Shown: positions 37,986-52,170, counted from the stretch's first letter. The stretch: DNA of 64,000 bases from Chiloscyllium plagiosum (GCF_004010195.1 NC_057730.1:32552585-32616584); one strand, 5' to 3'. Program-made: numbers and translations. The notes: generated by a model not told the origin, from the sequence alone.

Positions 37986-40825
37986 TTTTTAGGACAAAAC
38001 ATTGCAGTGGGAAGAAGACTACTTTTGTTTGCTGTGTACTATGTAAAGTTGTATTACAATTTAGATTGATGTACTGAACTGTTGTATAGTGTCTGTTATT
38101 GCTGTCAGGGAAAGCCAGGTTTGAAATCAGGACTGGCCAATTTCAGCAAAATGTTCGGAGGATACTTAGCGTACGATATAGAAAATCCCCTTTAGGTGAG
38201 TAATAGACACCACTTTTCTTTCCAAATGTACTGTCTGGGTAATTTGAGATAAGTATTGTGAACTTCCTGTGTCATAATTTTACATTGAAGGGGTCATTCT
38301 TACTCAGTTTCACAAATGGTTTTTCTTTGTTGACAGAGTTCAGTCCTGAAAATATCAGATGGAAACATCTGCATTATCTTAATGTGTTAAAAACCATTGT
38401 AGTTAATTTGGGATTTACAGCTTGAAATGAGTAAGAGGATATCGCCATATATTTTGTTTTGATCATTTGAGTGTAAAAATGTGAGTAAGAACAGCAGTAT
38501 CATCACAGCTGTTTACTAATAATGAAAGATAGATGACCAATCAATTCTGTGTTCCAGCTCACAAGCTGTCTTCATTCACGTGGCCAGCCTCCTTCAATTG
38601 TGCAGCTGTCTATGAACAGGTATTGTTGATCTGGGCAAAGTTTTATATTGGCAGTATCATTGCAAGGGACATCATTTAATATTGTCCCAAGAAATAGTGA
38701 GTAGAGTGGCTAGAAAACATCCTTGCTTCCTATCAGTATTAGAAAGTTAATTATCACCAGTCACAATTTACTAGTAGAGCAGCATTTGTCAAGGCATCAA
38801 GAACTCTAGCTCGCCTGATCAAATATGAACTGTCCACAGAACAATCAATATGAATATAAGAACAGATAGAAATATTACATGCGAGAATATAAGCAAGTAC
38901 TTACCAGCCTAAAAAACTAGATATGAAGAATATTGTTGACAAGACTGACAATTCAAACAAGTTGGAAATATGTTGTGGATAGTTTGGTATTTTCAAGCAG
39001 TTTGCATTTATTGACAATTGTCATAACATCTGTAGTGATGTATGATTGGACAATTCCATTTGCAGTCCCCTGAATTAATACTTTAAGAGGGTGGATGGAG
39101 AGGTACCAGCTTTTGCTCAGGCAGTGGCTGTTGGAAGAATGATAAAAGAAGAATCTGGGGCCATTCCCCGCTGCTGGTTGTAACAGTCAGAGCTAAGTTA
39201 GTTGTAGATTCAAGTCCACTGCAGAAACCTGAGCTCAGAAATCTGTGCCAATACTTGAGGGCTCTACAGAAGGAATGTTGACTTTTGCATGAGGTTTGAA
39301 ACCAAGAACCTAAATATTTTATTATGCAGAAATAAAAGATCCAAGATTTGATCTATTAGAAGTTTTTGATTGGGAGTGAGACCCAGCATCGAGAGAATGA
39401 CAAAATGAAAAATGTAAAAGCACTACTTATAAAGAATAATAAAGAGGAATTATAATTAAAGCTAATGATATTGTACATATTGCAACCCTCTTCTTTGAAA
39501 CAAAAAGTAAATTGTAAACACTAGAAACTTAAATTCTAGAAATATAGAGTCTATGACTACCTAAAACAAATGCTTTGTATTCATCTTCAGTCCTTATGTT
39601 TTGAAAATGCTTTTTAAAAAATATTAAAATCAAGTTCATTGTGTAACTAAGATTACCTGAATACATATGAGATCATTCTCTGATTTCCTTCACTCCTGTA
39701 TGATATGCTTCCATACCTGATAACCATTATACATTGTATCGTGATGCAGGATAAAATAAGTCTGTTGGTGTTTTCAAAATATTATGAGTTTGTGCTTACG
39801 ATGATATATTTGTGAGGCACAAATGTGACTTATGTTGAAGATTTTTTCTTTGGGAACAGTGATTTGTTGGTATTTAAGAGATAACTATAATGAGGACTTG
39901 GGCAAAGGGATGACTTGCTACAAATTACACTTGCCTACCTCTTCAAAACTTGCAGCATAGCTTGTTTGAATGTTTTTTCTGTACTGAAGAATAGGAAATA
40001 ACATTTTTTTAAAGTTTAGAATTGGAACAAGAACATTTATTTAATGCCACTGCCAAATAGTACCAAGCAATTTCACAAAATTTGACATTGACCGACATTA
40101 AATATTAAAGCTGGTGAGGAAAGCTTTAAAGACTGTTTTATTGTAGAAAAGAGGCAGGGTTGTTCATAAAGGGGAATTCCAGATCTTAGTGCTTCAACAA
40201 CAGAAGGTTTAGCCACCAGTGGAATGATTAAAATTTGGGAGGCAATATAGCCCACAATTAGCGGAATGTAGAGATCTTGAAGGAATAAGCCCAATGCTAG
40301 GTTATTAGAACTTTTTTGTGATATGTAAAATAGGTAGGATACGGATATGAAGTATGATTTATATTTGTAGGTGGATCACATCTTATGATATCAAAATGTC
40401 TTAAGTGCTTTTCATTAGGCCTCCCCAAATCAAAAGGAATTAATGGTAATTTCAAGGGACTAATAATTCACAGACCTATCTTTGCCAGGTCTGACCTACA
40501 TGTGGCTATATATTCAGTGATGTGGTGGACTCCACTCTAGTGATGCATTCACTTGTACCAACCACTAGAAATTTAAAAAGGAATGAAACTAGATGCAGCA
40601 AGACATTGATTAAAGCAGGAAAGACAACAGCAAACACAGCTCTCCCAGATGTTGGTAAAGGGAGATTTTGGAGTGTCAGTGGGGCTGTCTCACAGGCTAA
40701 TCAGGCAGCAGCCTGACATAGTCATACTCATGGAATCATACTGTACACACAATGTCCCAGACAACCATCACAAGTCTATGCCATCAACAGCTCAAAACCA
40801 GCAGAGGTGGCAGCACAGTGCTACA

Positions 40826-41609
40826 TTGTGTAATCATTAAAAACACAGAAATAGAGAACACACACCGGATCATCAACGCCACACTCACAGGAATCCGATT
40901 CACTAGAGAGGAAGAAAAGGACAACCAGCTCCCTTTCCTAGATGTGATGGTACAGAGAACACCGAACGGAGAATTCACCACAAAGGTATACAGGAAAGCC
41001 ACACACACAGACCAAGTCCTAAACTACGAAAGCAACCACCCCAACACAAAAGAAATTGCATCAAGACACTATTCAAAAGGGCCACAACACACTGCAGTAC
41101 ACCAGAACTGCAAAAAGAGGAAGACGAACCCCTATACAATGTATTCGCCAAAAATGGATACCCGCGCACTTTCATCAACAGATACCTAAGGGAAAGACAA
41201 CGGAATGAGGACATGCCGCAACCCAAAGGACTAGCCACACTACCATACATCAAAAACATTTCTGAACNNNNNNNNNNNNNNNNNNNNNNNNNNNNNNNNN
41301 NNNNNNNNNNNNNNNNNNNNNNNNNNNNNNNNNNNNNNNNNNNNNNNNNNNNNNGCCAGGGAATTCCTAGAGGCATGGCACTCATCCACAGATTCAATCA
41401 ATAAGCACATTGACCTGGATCCAATATACCGACCACTGCAGCGGACAGCTGGAACTGACAACCGGAAGCGGCAGATTCAAACCACTACAAATGCTGGAGG
41501 AAAGATCACAGAAGCGCTTCACAGGAGGCTCCCAAGTACTGAGGATGTCACCTAGACGGGACGAAACGTCTGTAACACAAATTCCCAGCTCAGCGAACAG
41601 AACCACAAG
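40826..41609 (+). mobile_element. Penelope-like (Poseidon-type) fragment
   Basis: GIRFTREEEKDNQLPFLDVMV...VYRKATHTDQVLNYESNHP, ATLPYIKNISE, REFLEAWHS; flanked by AGTGCTACA/AGCGCTACA. N gap 41268-41354. Confidence 0.85.
41536..41573 (+). ncRNA. Minimal hammerhead ribozyme motif
   Basis: GTA-CTGAGGA-T-GTC...GAC-GAAA-C-GTC-TGT; intact core, GUC triplet. Confidence 0.65.
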
Positions 41610-44600
41610 AGCGCTACACAGCCAGGAGGGAGCAGTTGTAGTAATCAGTGTTGACCCGGAATCAATGAAGCCACGTGGTATCAGGTCAGACACAGACAAG
41701 GGGAAATCTGCTAATTACCATGAACCACACAATCCCACATGCTCCCCCCACATCAGCTCGTTAATCATTACGACTATGATGGAGTACTGCCACATCCAGT
41801 TGTGAATGGTAACAGGCAATTAACTAACTGGAAGAGGAAGCTCCACAACACCTTCATTCTCAAAAGCAGGGGAGCTCAGAACATCAGTGCAACAAAAAAG
41901 GCTGAAGCATTTTGCCATAATCTTCAGCATGTGCCAAGTGGATGATCCATGTTGGCCTCTTCCAGAGGTCTCCATCGTCAAAGATGCCTATCTTCTGCAA
42001 ATGATATTAAGAAATGGCTGGAGACACTAAATACTGCAAAGGCTAACAGCATTTTTGCAAAGTATTGCAGATACGATCCTGAACTTAGCACACTCCTAAC
42101 CAAGCTGTTTCAGTACGGTAACTACACTGACATCTACCTGACAATGTGGAATTTTACCCAGGTATGTCCATACACAAAAATCCAACCTGGATAACTACTG
42201 TCCCATTGGTCTGCTCTTGATCATTAATAAGATGATGGAAGGTGTTATCAATAGTGCTATCAAACAGCCCTTGCTTAACAATAATTTGCTAACTGACACT
42301 CCGAGCCACTCAGCTCCTGACCTCATTCTTACCTTGGTCAAAACAGCTGAATTCAAGAGATGAAGTGACAGTGATTACCCAAGGCCACATTTTACCAAGT
42401 AGGGCATCTCGGAGTTCTAGCAAAATGGGAGTCACAGAATCAGGAGTGGTGGAGGTGGTTGGGTGAGTCCCCTCTGGTTGGAATCAAACCTGGCACAATG
42501 AAAGATGGTTGGAGTTATTGGAGGTTAGTCGTTTCACTCCATGATATCTCTGCAGGAGTCCATCAGGGTAGTGTCAGTGGCTCAGTTGTCTTTAGCTACT
42601 TCATCAATGACCTTCCCTCCATCTCAAAGTCAAAAATGGTGATATTGGGCTAATAGCACAATGTTCAGCATGATTCTTGGTTCTTCAAATACTGAAATAG
42701 ACATTGTCTAAATGAAGCAAGACCTAGACAATATCAAGGTTTTGACTGACAAGTGACAACATTCATGCCACATAAATGCCAGGGACTGGCCATTTCCACA
42801 AAAAATAATCTAACCATTGCCCCTTAACATTCAATGCATCATCATTACTGAATTCCTCATGACCAGCATCCTAAGGTTACCATTGATCAGAAACTGAATT
42901 GGACTAGCCATATAAATAAATGGCTACAAGACCGTATTAGAAGCTAGGAATCCTGCAGCATATAACTTACCTCCTGATTCCCCAATATAGAATTTTGTGA
43001 TCACCATCTACAAGGCACAAGTCAAGAGTGTAATGGTAAACTCCCAACTGCCTAGATGCGCTCCAACAACACTCAAGAAATTTGATAGCATCTAGGAAAA
43101 CACAGCTCACTAATTGGTACCACGTACACACCATTCATTCCCTCCACCACTGATGATTTAGTTGCAGTAGGATGTAGTGTCTACAAGATACATCGCAAAA
43201 ATTCACCAAGGATCCTTAAGTTGTACTGTTTGAACTCATGACCACAATCATATAGAAGGACAAGGGAAAAATGCATGGGAACACCAACACCCAGCAGTTA
43301 CATTCCAAACCACTCACTGTCCTAACTTAGAAATATATTGCTGTTTCTTCAATATTTGAAGGATCAAAATCCTGCAATTCCCTCCATGAAGGTATTGTGC
43401 ATCGACCTAAACCAACTGGACTGTTGTGGTTCAAGAAGGCAACTCTCCACCACACTTCTCAAAAGGAATGGGCAATAAATGCTGTCCCAGCCAGTGGCAC
43501 AACCCATGACTGCGGTAATTTATTTTTTGTGAGAGCAAAGTAATGGTTGAAAATTTCTCTAGTTTTTTTATGGTGTTGCTTGAAGGAAGAATGTTGGCAA
43601 TAGAATACTGTGAAAACACTTTGAACTTTGAATAGTTTAATTAAATCAAGCAGGTTGAACTCTAGTTGTCTATTCAACTTTTCCTCAGACTACAAAGGCC
43701 AAGGACCATCTACTTTGCCTTGTGAAAGAAAAACTTACTTTTACATAATTAAAACAATGATCAATTGTTAATCAAAATGATTGTTCTCTCAATTAGTCCA
43801 CAGCAAATTCATATAATTCATGAGGAAGAAAAATTCTTATTGGTCAAGATCTTTGGCAACTGTATTTCAAAGCTACCTGTTCCTTCAGAATATGACACTC
43901 ACTGCATGTCTTTTCTCAAAAGTACTTCATATCAAAGTAGTCCCTGTAATCAAATCCTGTTATAGTATTCTTTCTTACCATTCTTTCTTACTATTATGGG
44001 TGGTTTATGGTCAACAATACAAGGTTGGTAACTAACTCTTAAATAAAATAAAGAACACTTTTTGATGGGGGATTTATTGTGCTGATGTGATTGTGAAATT
44101 AGGTGGGGGGGACGCTTGAAAAAAACAGTAGATCTTGCAAATGATGCATTTAGCCCAACTTGTCTCCTATACCGTAGAACATTGCTCCAGTATGACCAAT
44201 ATATTCATTTTCAAGTATTACTTTTTTAAACTGATTTTTCCTCCATGGAGTGTTGGTATAAAAGCAAGGGGGTGTTATGTTAACAAGCGGTGGTACCAGT
44301 GCTTCTTAAACTATATTGATATTATACATTGTATAAATAAGAAAACTTGGACTTTAATTAGTAAAGAGTTATTATTTTCTATACTTCGGTAATTCCAGTC
44401 AAGGTAACTTACCATTGGTCAAAGAGTTGGTGACAAGGTGACCAATTCTGGGTGAAAAGCTCTTTACCATGCGAGGATTATTGATGGGACTTAGGAATAG
44501 ACTGGAGGAAAGGGTGTTCTCAAGATGATGCGAGCAGAGACTGTTACTGCAAGTACAGAACGCAGGCCAAAATGAGTCTCAGAAGGCTTGACCTGGGATG

Positions 44601-44883
44601 CCAGGTAGAAAGGAAAATTATGGGACAGTCCTGGACAATTCCTAGTTGGTGAAGGGCCCTCTCATTCAGCTTCTAACCCAGGCTGCTCTATAAAATGATG
44701 GTTGTACATGTTTCCTGTTGTATATTGCCCCCTATAAAGATGGTGGTGCACTGTAGCTTCCTGATGCACTTTACCCCCTAAAAAAAAGTGTTGGATGCAT
44801 ATGCTTTCTGCTGCTTCTCTGGATGCTCCAAACCACTTCCATCTCGTGGCCAATGGCAGGATTGCTGTTGAGCAAAAAGTTTA

Positions 44884-45089
44884 AAGTTAAAAATCGCACA
44901 GCACCAGATTATAGTCCAACAGATTTATTTGGAAGCACTAGCTTTCAGAGCGCTGCTCCTTCATCACAACCACCTGATGAAGGAACAGCGCTCCGAAAGC
45001 TAGTGCTTCCAAATAAACCTGTTGGACTATAACCTGGTGTTGTGATTTTTAACTTTGTACACCCCAGTCCAACGCCAGCACCTCCAAAT
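44884..45089. mobile_element. Palindromic hammerhead-bearing mini-element
   Basis: 44883-44966 is the reverse complement of ~44975-45057; 11-bp direct repeat CAAAAAGTTTA at 44873-44883 / 45090-45100. Confidence 0.85.
44971..45005 (+). ncRNA. Minimal hammerhead ribozyme motif
   Basis: CAC-CTGATGA-A-GGAAC AGC GCTCC-GAAA-GC-TA-GTG: stem I CAC/GTG, palindromic AGCT stem III, CUA triplet. Confidence 0.7.
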
Positions 45090-45889
45090 CAAAAAGTTTA
45101 TAAAATCCTTGGAAGAAACAAAAAGTAGGATATCTAATAACTTTTCATCAAAGAGGAATGTTGAGGTCAGAACAAAGTATTTGTTGTCTATTCCTAATTC
45201 TTCTTCAACTGAGTGGATGCTGAGAAAATTCAGGGTACTTTTAGAGTAATCCACATTGCTTTGCTTCTAGAATCACATGTAGACCAGAATCGATAAGAAT
45301 GGTAGATTTGCTTGTCTAAAGGACATCCATGAATCATAATTTTTTTAACTACAATCAACGGTAGTTTCACGGCACCGTTACTGAGACTAGCTTTCAATTC
45401 CTGATTGTATTAACTTGAACCCCTGTCCCCAGAACATTAGGCTGGGTTTCTATATTACTACCTTACCCATCTTTATCATTGAAGAAGAGCTTTTCATTAT
45501 AAACCAGAGTGTCACCCTGTAGATCTTCCCAAATGCAAGCAAGACAAGCAATCAACTAAGTTAAAATTAAAATCTGGAGTATCTATTTTGATCAACCTTA
45601 GCCAGAGGTTCTGGCTCAGACATAGGGACCCTTGGAGTCTGGAGTATCATGACCCATGCCTCCCCAGTGCAGTAACCTGGGTTGCACTACTATCTCCACA
45701 AAGGTAGGTAAGTTCCATAGTAGCTGCTGGATTGTGTGGTGCCGGAAAAACACAGCAGGTCAGGCAACATAAATAGTTGAAGAACTCAAAAAATCCGGGA
45801 TAAGCCTTCAGTACTGGATGTGGGTGGAAGGGCAGCAGCACATAAAGGTGGGTGAGGGGGGCGGGGAAGCCAGCTGAGGGGAATAGGTG

Positions 45890-46031
45890 AAGACTGCACA
45901 CCCTCCCTGGACAGCGCCACCTATGGCGGAAGGTGTAGAGCTCTGGGGCGGGTCAGGCCGGGCCGCGCATGGGTGTTGTTGCCCTTGTCACAGCCGCCGC
46001 GGTGCACGTTGGACACACAGTCCTTTCCAAG
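45890..46031 (+). promoter_or_regulatory. NDUFAB1 CpG-island promoter/5'UTR
   Basis: CpG-rich; GC box GGGGCGGG ~45945, CGGAAG ETS-like site, YY1-like AAGATGGCG overlapping the ATG. Confidence 0.75.
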
Positions 46032-46196
46032 ATGGCGCTGCGTGTCCTCTCTCGATGCGTCCGACGGTGGCCGCAACCTTGGAGCAGGTCAAGGGTAGGC
46101 CCGAGCGCCGGGGCCCAGCCTCTCGCTGGAACCGGCAGTAGCTACTCTCAACACGTTTGCAGCAGGCGGGCTGTTGGCGAGGCGCCCCGGGCTCAG
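46032..46196 (+). CDS. NDUFAB1: Mitochondrial acyl carrier protein, exon 1 (transit peptide)
   Basis: MALRVLSRCVRRW... Arg/Ser/Ala-rich presequence, CAG|GTAATT donor, in frame with exon 2. Confidence 0.88.
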
Positions 46197-46864
46197 GTAA
46201 TTTGGAGTTTGGTGATTAGGCCGGACCCTGACTCCGAGAGGACACTGAGGCAGCGGGTGTAGCATAATCCCAAGTGCCAGCTGCGTCGGAGGAGATTGCG
46301 CTAAAAATCCTTCATCATTCGATGAAATTTGATTTCAGATAGAAAGTGCGGAATACAATGCTATAACTCCCAAATCGATTGGTGGAGTTTAGAGTTTTAG
46401 CCTTCGGGGAAAGTGCACTTGGGTTCCTCAGTATTCTTAATTGTCAGGGTCAAATCTTCAAACTGGGTAAGAAGATTTAAAATCAATGCATTTATTAAAA
46501 ACTTCAGGACGTTTTGTAGTAACAAAAGTAGGAGCAGAATTGGCCATACGACTCCTCAAGCCTGCTCGATTATTCTGTTAAAACCGTGACTGAGCCTCTA
46601 CATAGACTACACTTTCCTTGCTGATTCCCCAGATTTGTTGAATTGCTTAATTTTAAAATGCCGTTCATCTGTATCTGGAAAGTACTTAGGAGTATTTTCA
46701 GGACTCTGGGGTAGGTAATTTTAAATTTCACAATCCTCTGAGTGAAGAACTTTCTCATCTTTTAATCTGAAATTAAGTTTTCTGCCCTATTACCCCACAT
46801 GTTCCATAACACATTTGAAGTGAAGTCTGCGATGTGGGGAAAGCGGGAACTAAATTATGTGTAG

Positions 46865-47585
46865 TTAAAAATCACCCAACACCAGGTTGTAGTCCAACAG
46901 GTCGGTTTGGAAGTATAAGCTTTCAGAGCACTGTTTCTTCAGCAAGTAGCAAGTTGGGCAGGATCATAGGACACAGAACTTTTAGTAAAAAAATCAAATT
47001 ATCCTACAACAGATGCAAATAATTGAACAAAGCTAGATGGCTGTTAAGTCTTTAATCACTTAGAATGGGGATGCAGATTTTGCGTGATTAATTTGTAAAT
47101 CCCAGAATTACTTTCAAGTCCCTGTCCAGAGATTACTTAAGGATTTATAACAACAAAGTGACATCTCAACTCAGACAGCACATTAAAGGTGTGAGGTTAA
47201 GGTTAAACACACAATCAGTCCATGTGACATTTTATAAATTCCTACTTTGAAAATAGGCTCAGTCTGACTCAAGGTTGGGGTTCAAACAGACTTGAACCTC
47301 ACACCTTTAATGCGTTGTCTGAGCTGTCACTTTTTAAATAAAACCTTAAGTTATCTCAGGGCTGTAACTTGAAAGCAGTTCTAGGATTTACATATTAATG
47401 AATCGAAACCTACATTCCCATTCTAAGTGATTAAAGACTTAACAGCAATTTAGATTTGTTCAATACTTTGTGTCAGTTTTATGACACTTTGATCTTTTAC
47501 TATAAGTTCTGTGTCCAATGATCCTGCCCCACGAGCTACCTGACGAAGGAGCAATGCTCTGAAAATTGTACTTCCAAATAAACCT
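46865..47585. mobile_element. ~720-bp inverted-repeat PLE-tail element in NDUFAB1 intron 1
   Basis: ~46900-47200 is the imperfect reverse complement of ~47293-47585; decayed hammerhead CTGACGA at 47540. Confidence 0.75.
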
Positions 47586-49104
47586 TCTCCCATCTTCTTA
47601 CCCCAACCCTGTCAAACTAGACCGTGTCATCACTTGGACTGCTACCACAAACAATCCATTGTCAGCCACTAATAGTTCCCATTAGCGGCTGTTGATTCTC
47701 TCAGGATGACCTTTACCCATTCCTTTGTCTTGAGTCGAAAAGTGTGACACTGGAAAAGGCACAGCAGGTCAGGCAGCATCCGAGGAACAGGAGAACATAA
47801 GCTCTTCATCAGGAATTTGGAGGAGGGAAGGGGGCTGACAGATACATAGAGATGTGGGGCTGGGAGTGGAAGGTAGGTGGGATGCTGATAGGTGGGTGCA
47901 GGTGGGAAGTGATTTGTGATCGGTCGGTGGGGAGGAAGATGGGCAATCTGCTTAACTGGTTTTCCCTGCATTTGGGCTCGATCTCGACCTATCGTTTACT
48001 CTTCTTCCCCCAACCCCAGTCCCCCACCAGCTTATAGGCCAACCTTCTTCCAAATGCATTAAATTCCAAAGAAAGGTCACTGGACCTGAAATATTCAGTC
48101 TGCTTTCTCTCCTTAGAAGCTACCAGGTTTGCTAAATTTTTCCTGCAATTTCAGATTTCCAGCTTCTGCAGTTATTTGGGTTTTTTTTGTTATCCCTCAT
48201 CAATTGCTTAAGCTGTGGCTCTCGCCCAATAAATCGGTAACATTATAAGTGTCCATTTGCCATGTTCCTCCTGCAAAAAGGGGAAGTTACATGGAGGAGA
48301 AAGCTGGAGGAGCAGCAGTCCTGGTAATCTAAGGGCCATGTTAGCGGTGCCAGCAAGGTAGACAGCATCTGGCTCCTGGGCCCATCCACTCCAGATCAGC
48401 TGTTTCCTCCCTTCTTTCCTTCCTCTCTTTGGCATATTTCTTTATCTTCTTCGTCCTGTCAGCAGTGGAGAAGGTGACATTATGGAGGAGGGTGGCTGGA
48501 GCACCACTCTCGGTGAGGTGGCAGCCTGTCCTGGCAGCGGAGCCATGTTTGTAGTATTCCCAGAGCAGTGGACTCCAGCTGTTGTCAAGGCGATGGCAGC
48601 TACAGACCCAGGGGCTCCTGGTTGCGGGGCAAGTGTGGGTCCAGCACGAGATCAAGCATTGGTGGCCTTTTGGCGATGTGGGCTCAGCGACGAAGAGATG
48701 GTGCCTTGAGTGGCAACGCTGCCATTGGTGGGTCCAATGAAGGCAGTGGAGGGGTGGCAGCTCAGGTGTCGTATGTCAGCTAGCTCAGGACTCATGCCAC
48801 AGGTGGCAAAGCGGAGATAGACTCTGCTATATCTTTTTATTCTTAAACTATTCAAAATAGTGCCAGATTGTGGCGACAATTGAAGTTTAGCATTGTATTT
48901 TACTGTGTTGTTCATTGTAGGCTACAAGTGACAGTAAATCATCATTCATTCATTCATTCATTTCTGAAGGATTATCTCAGAAAATCCTGTGGTCAGGGCC
49001 CACTAAATTGTTTTCTCAGACTTTTCCTCTGCCCATAACAGCTTTTTTTTTTATCTGTAAATTGTGTTGGGGAAGTTGTATAAGGAAGTTAGAGTTTGAA
49101 CTAG

Positions 49105-49690
49105 TAGATGTTATTAAGTCGTACAGCACAGAAGCAAACCCTACAGACCATGCCGATTGTAATCACAAACTAAACTATTCCCACCTGCCTGTGCATATCC
49201 CTTATCCCTCCAAATCTTTCTTCTTCTTGTACTTATCAAGTACCTTTTAAATGGTATAAGTGTACTCATGTCCGACACTTCCTCTGGAAGTTCATCCCAG
49301 ATACAAACCATCCTCAGTGTGGAAAAAGTTGCCTCTTATGTCTTTTTCAAATCTTTCTTCTCTCACCTTAAATATATGCCCCCTAGTCTTGAAATCCACC
49401 CACCATAGGGAAAGACACATGTCATTCATCTTACCTATATCTCATGATTTTAAAAAACCTCTAAGGTCACCTCTACGGGCCCCTACACTCCATTGGAAAA
49501 AAATCCTAGCCTGTGCAGCCTCTTCCCAATAACTCAAACATTCTGTTCTTGGCAACATCCTGGTAAATATTTTCTGAACACTCCAACTTGATAATATCCC
49601 TCCTGCAGCAGCGTGACCAGAACTAGACACACTCCTCCAGAAGAGGCCTCAACATGACTTCCCAATTCCTATATTCTAAAGGTCTGAGCA
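49105..49690 (-). mobile_element. CR1 LINE 3' fragment
   Basis: Minus strand VQKIFTRMLP...RRGDL plus tail. Confidence 0.75.
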
Positions 49691-49925
49691 GTAAAGTTAG
49701 TTCATAATTGCTTATTTGTAGTTGGAATCTATTTGTAATAAAACAGTGATTCTTAAATTCAGAAACCTGGTCTATGTTTACCATCAAGTGCTTTGGGGAA
49801 TTTTGTGTGTTTCTATTAAATCTTTAACTTTTATGACAACTCTAACAAGACTTGATTGAGCTACCCCAACGAGGCATAACACTACTGTATGTCAAAGCAA
49901 TGGTGTTTTTGTTTGCCAGCATTAA

Positions 49926-50126
<201 letters not shown>

Positions 50127-51189
50127 TGACCTTTTATTGAATTTCTGAAATAAAAATGAGATCACTCTGAGAAAATGTGACCTCTTTGAAATGAAATTGC
50201 CGACACTTTCTTCGTTTACATTTTTAAAAAAAAGAGCAGCAAACTGCTTAAAATGTAAAACAGGTGAGGTGATGAGACGCAGACCCGGTTGCAGAGACTG
50301 AAGCAGAAGCGAGCAGCAGGACCACGAAAAATTACAATGTAGCCCTGAACTATCAGGCCAGTGTCAACAGCCACCTTTAGATGTTTCATTGTATACAGTT
50401 TGTGCAACATGATACGTTTCAAATTTGGTTATAGGTGTCATCTTTCTTATCTCAGGGCAAAGAGGAGTAACATATCAATACTGTGGGAATATTCTTGCAG
50501 TTTGGTATTTGTATTTTGCCTCCAGAGTAATCGGAGGTAATTTCCTCTAAGCTTTTATTACTGCTCTGACCCATTGTTTTACTAACATTAAAACACAACG
50601 ACGTTTACAAATATAAATATGTAAAACCTTCCTGGCGTACCATCATGTCAGTTTGACAGTCCTTTTAGCTAATCTCAGCTTCTTCGTGAATATTCTAATA
50701 AATCCTCAGGTTTCCTTGAAGACCAAGAATGCAGGAAGTTCTGGATAACATTCAGGCATGAGCTGAGGATTGGAAAATAATATTCTCACTTCACAAGAGC
50801 CGGCAGCGATCACTTTAAACTAGAAAGAATCTAACCGTGTCCCATTGACATTCATCCAGGCAAGTGGGAAATATTCTATCAAAGGCCTGACTTTGGACTT
50901 TGGAGGGGTTGTAGGATAGTTATGAGGTGAGTTAGTTGCTGTTGAATAATGAGCTTCCTTCCAGCTCTTTTGAAGCCAAAATGTTTATGTGGCTGATCCA
51001 TTGAGTTTCTGCTGCACACAGCCCTTAGAATGAGTTACAGGCTTAACAAATTGCTGAGCTATTTCAGAAGGTTCACACAGCTGTTAATGTGTGTACTGTC
51101 TGGTCAGGCAGTGAGAAGAACGAATTTTATCAGCACATCTACCAGGTAGCAAAGGGACAGTTGTAACAAATGTGGTCTCTGTCTTTTGA

Positions 51190-51477
<288 letters not shown>

Positions 51478-52170
51478 TAATGTGTCAATATATCTTGTTG
51501 TTTAATCCAACCACCTCAGAATCTTTGTATATTAAACTGTTCTTTTGATTCACTGAATCTTCTGTCTCCTTTGACTGAAGATGCTTGATTTGTAAGCAGG
51601 TGTCTATTCCACAGTCATTGATGTCCTCTTGCAAATCAAGTAGCTAATTGTCCATTGTGAGCCCTGACACATTCAGCCTATTCAATCCTATGGGCTTCAG
51701 ACTGTCTAGTCTTATATGAGAACTCTACCAAAGATTGCATCGCATTCAGCTCCATTTTCAGATCCTTGTTTGATGAAATAGTTTTAGCCTACATGCAATA
51801 ACATCTGGTTAACATTCAGACTTAACTTGCAGGTGCTAAGTAACATTTGAGCCACATAAATACCAGCCAGTAAATGACTATCTCCAGCAAGAGTATACTG
51901 AACCACTTCCCCTTAACAAGAACAACATTGTCAGTGATTCTACCAGCACATACATCTTTGGAGAACAACACTGGGTAGTAGTTCTTGACAGTTGTGTCAC
52001 TGCAGGATAGTTGTGAGATCTCGATTAGAGGTGATTCAATCTGGTGATAAGTTATTCCGTATGGGAAGGTTGTTGAAAGGCTTTAAAAGGCTTGCTGTGT
52101 GCCCAATGTGGGAACGTGAAGAGTGTTAATATGTACATTAGCCATGTTGCTTGTCTTTAGGAGTCATTGA

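Larger units (their letters stand above)
40520..43510 (+). mobile_element. Old, heavily decayed LINE (EN + RT + tail) interrupted by a PLE
   Basis: QQPDIVILMES (endonuclease start), AGVHQGSVSGSVVFSYFINDL (RT), tail GGGCAATAAATGCTG; same family as 1-440/3446-4250. Confidence 0.7.

Noticed and set aside
44884-45089. Classical DNA-transposon MITE or CRISPR-like repeat
   Set aside because: Arms are PLE tail sequence also found attached to GIY-YIG coding remnants; TSDs are long and variable; no repeat-spacer array; eukaryotic context.
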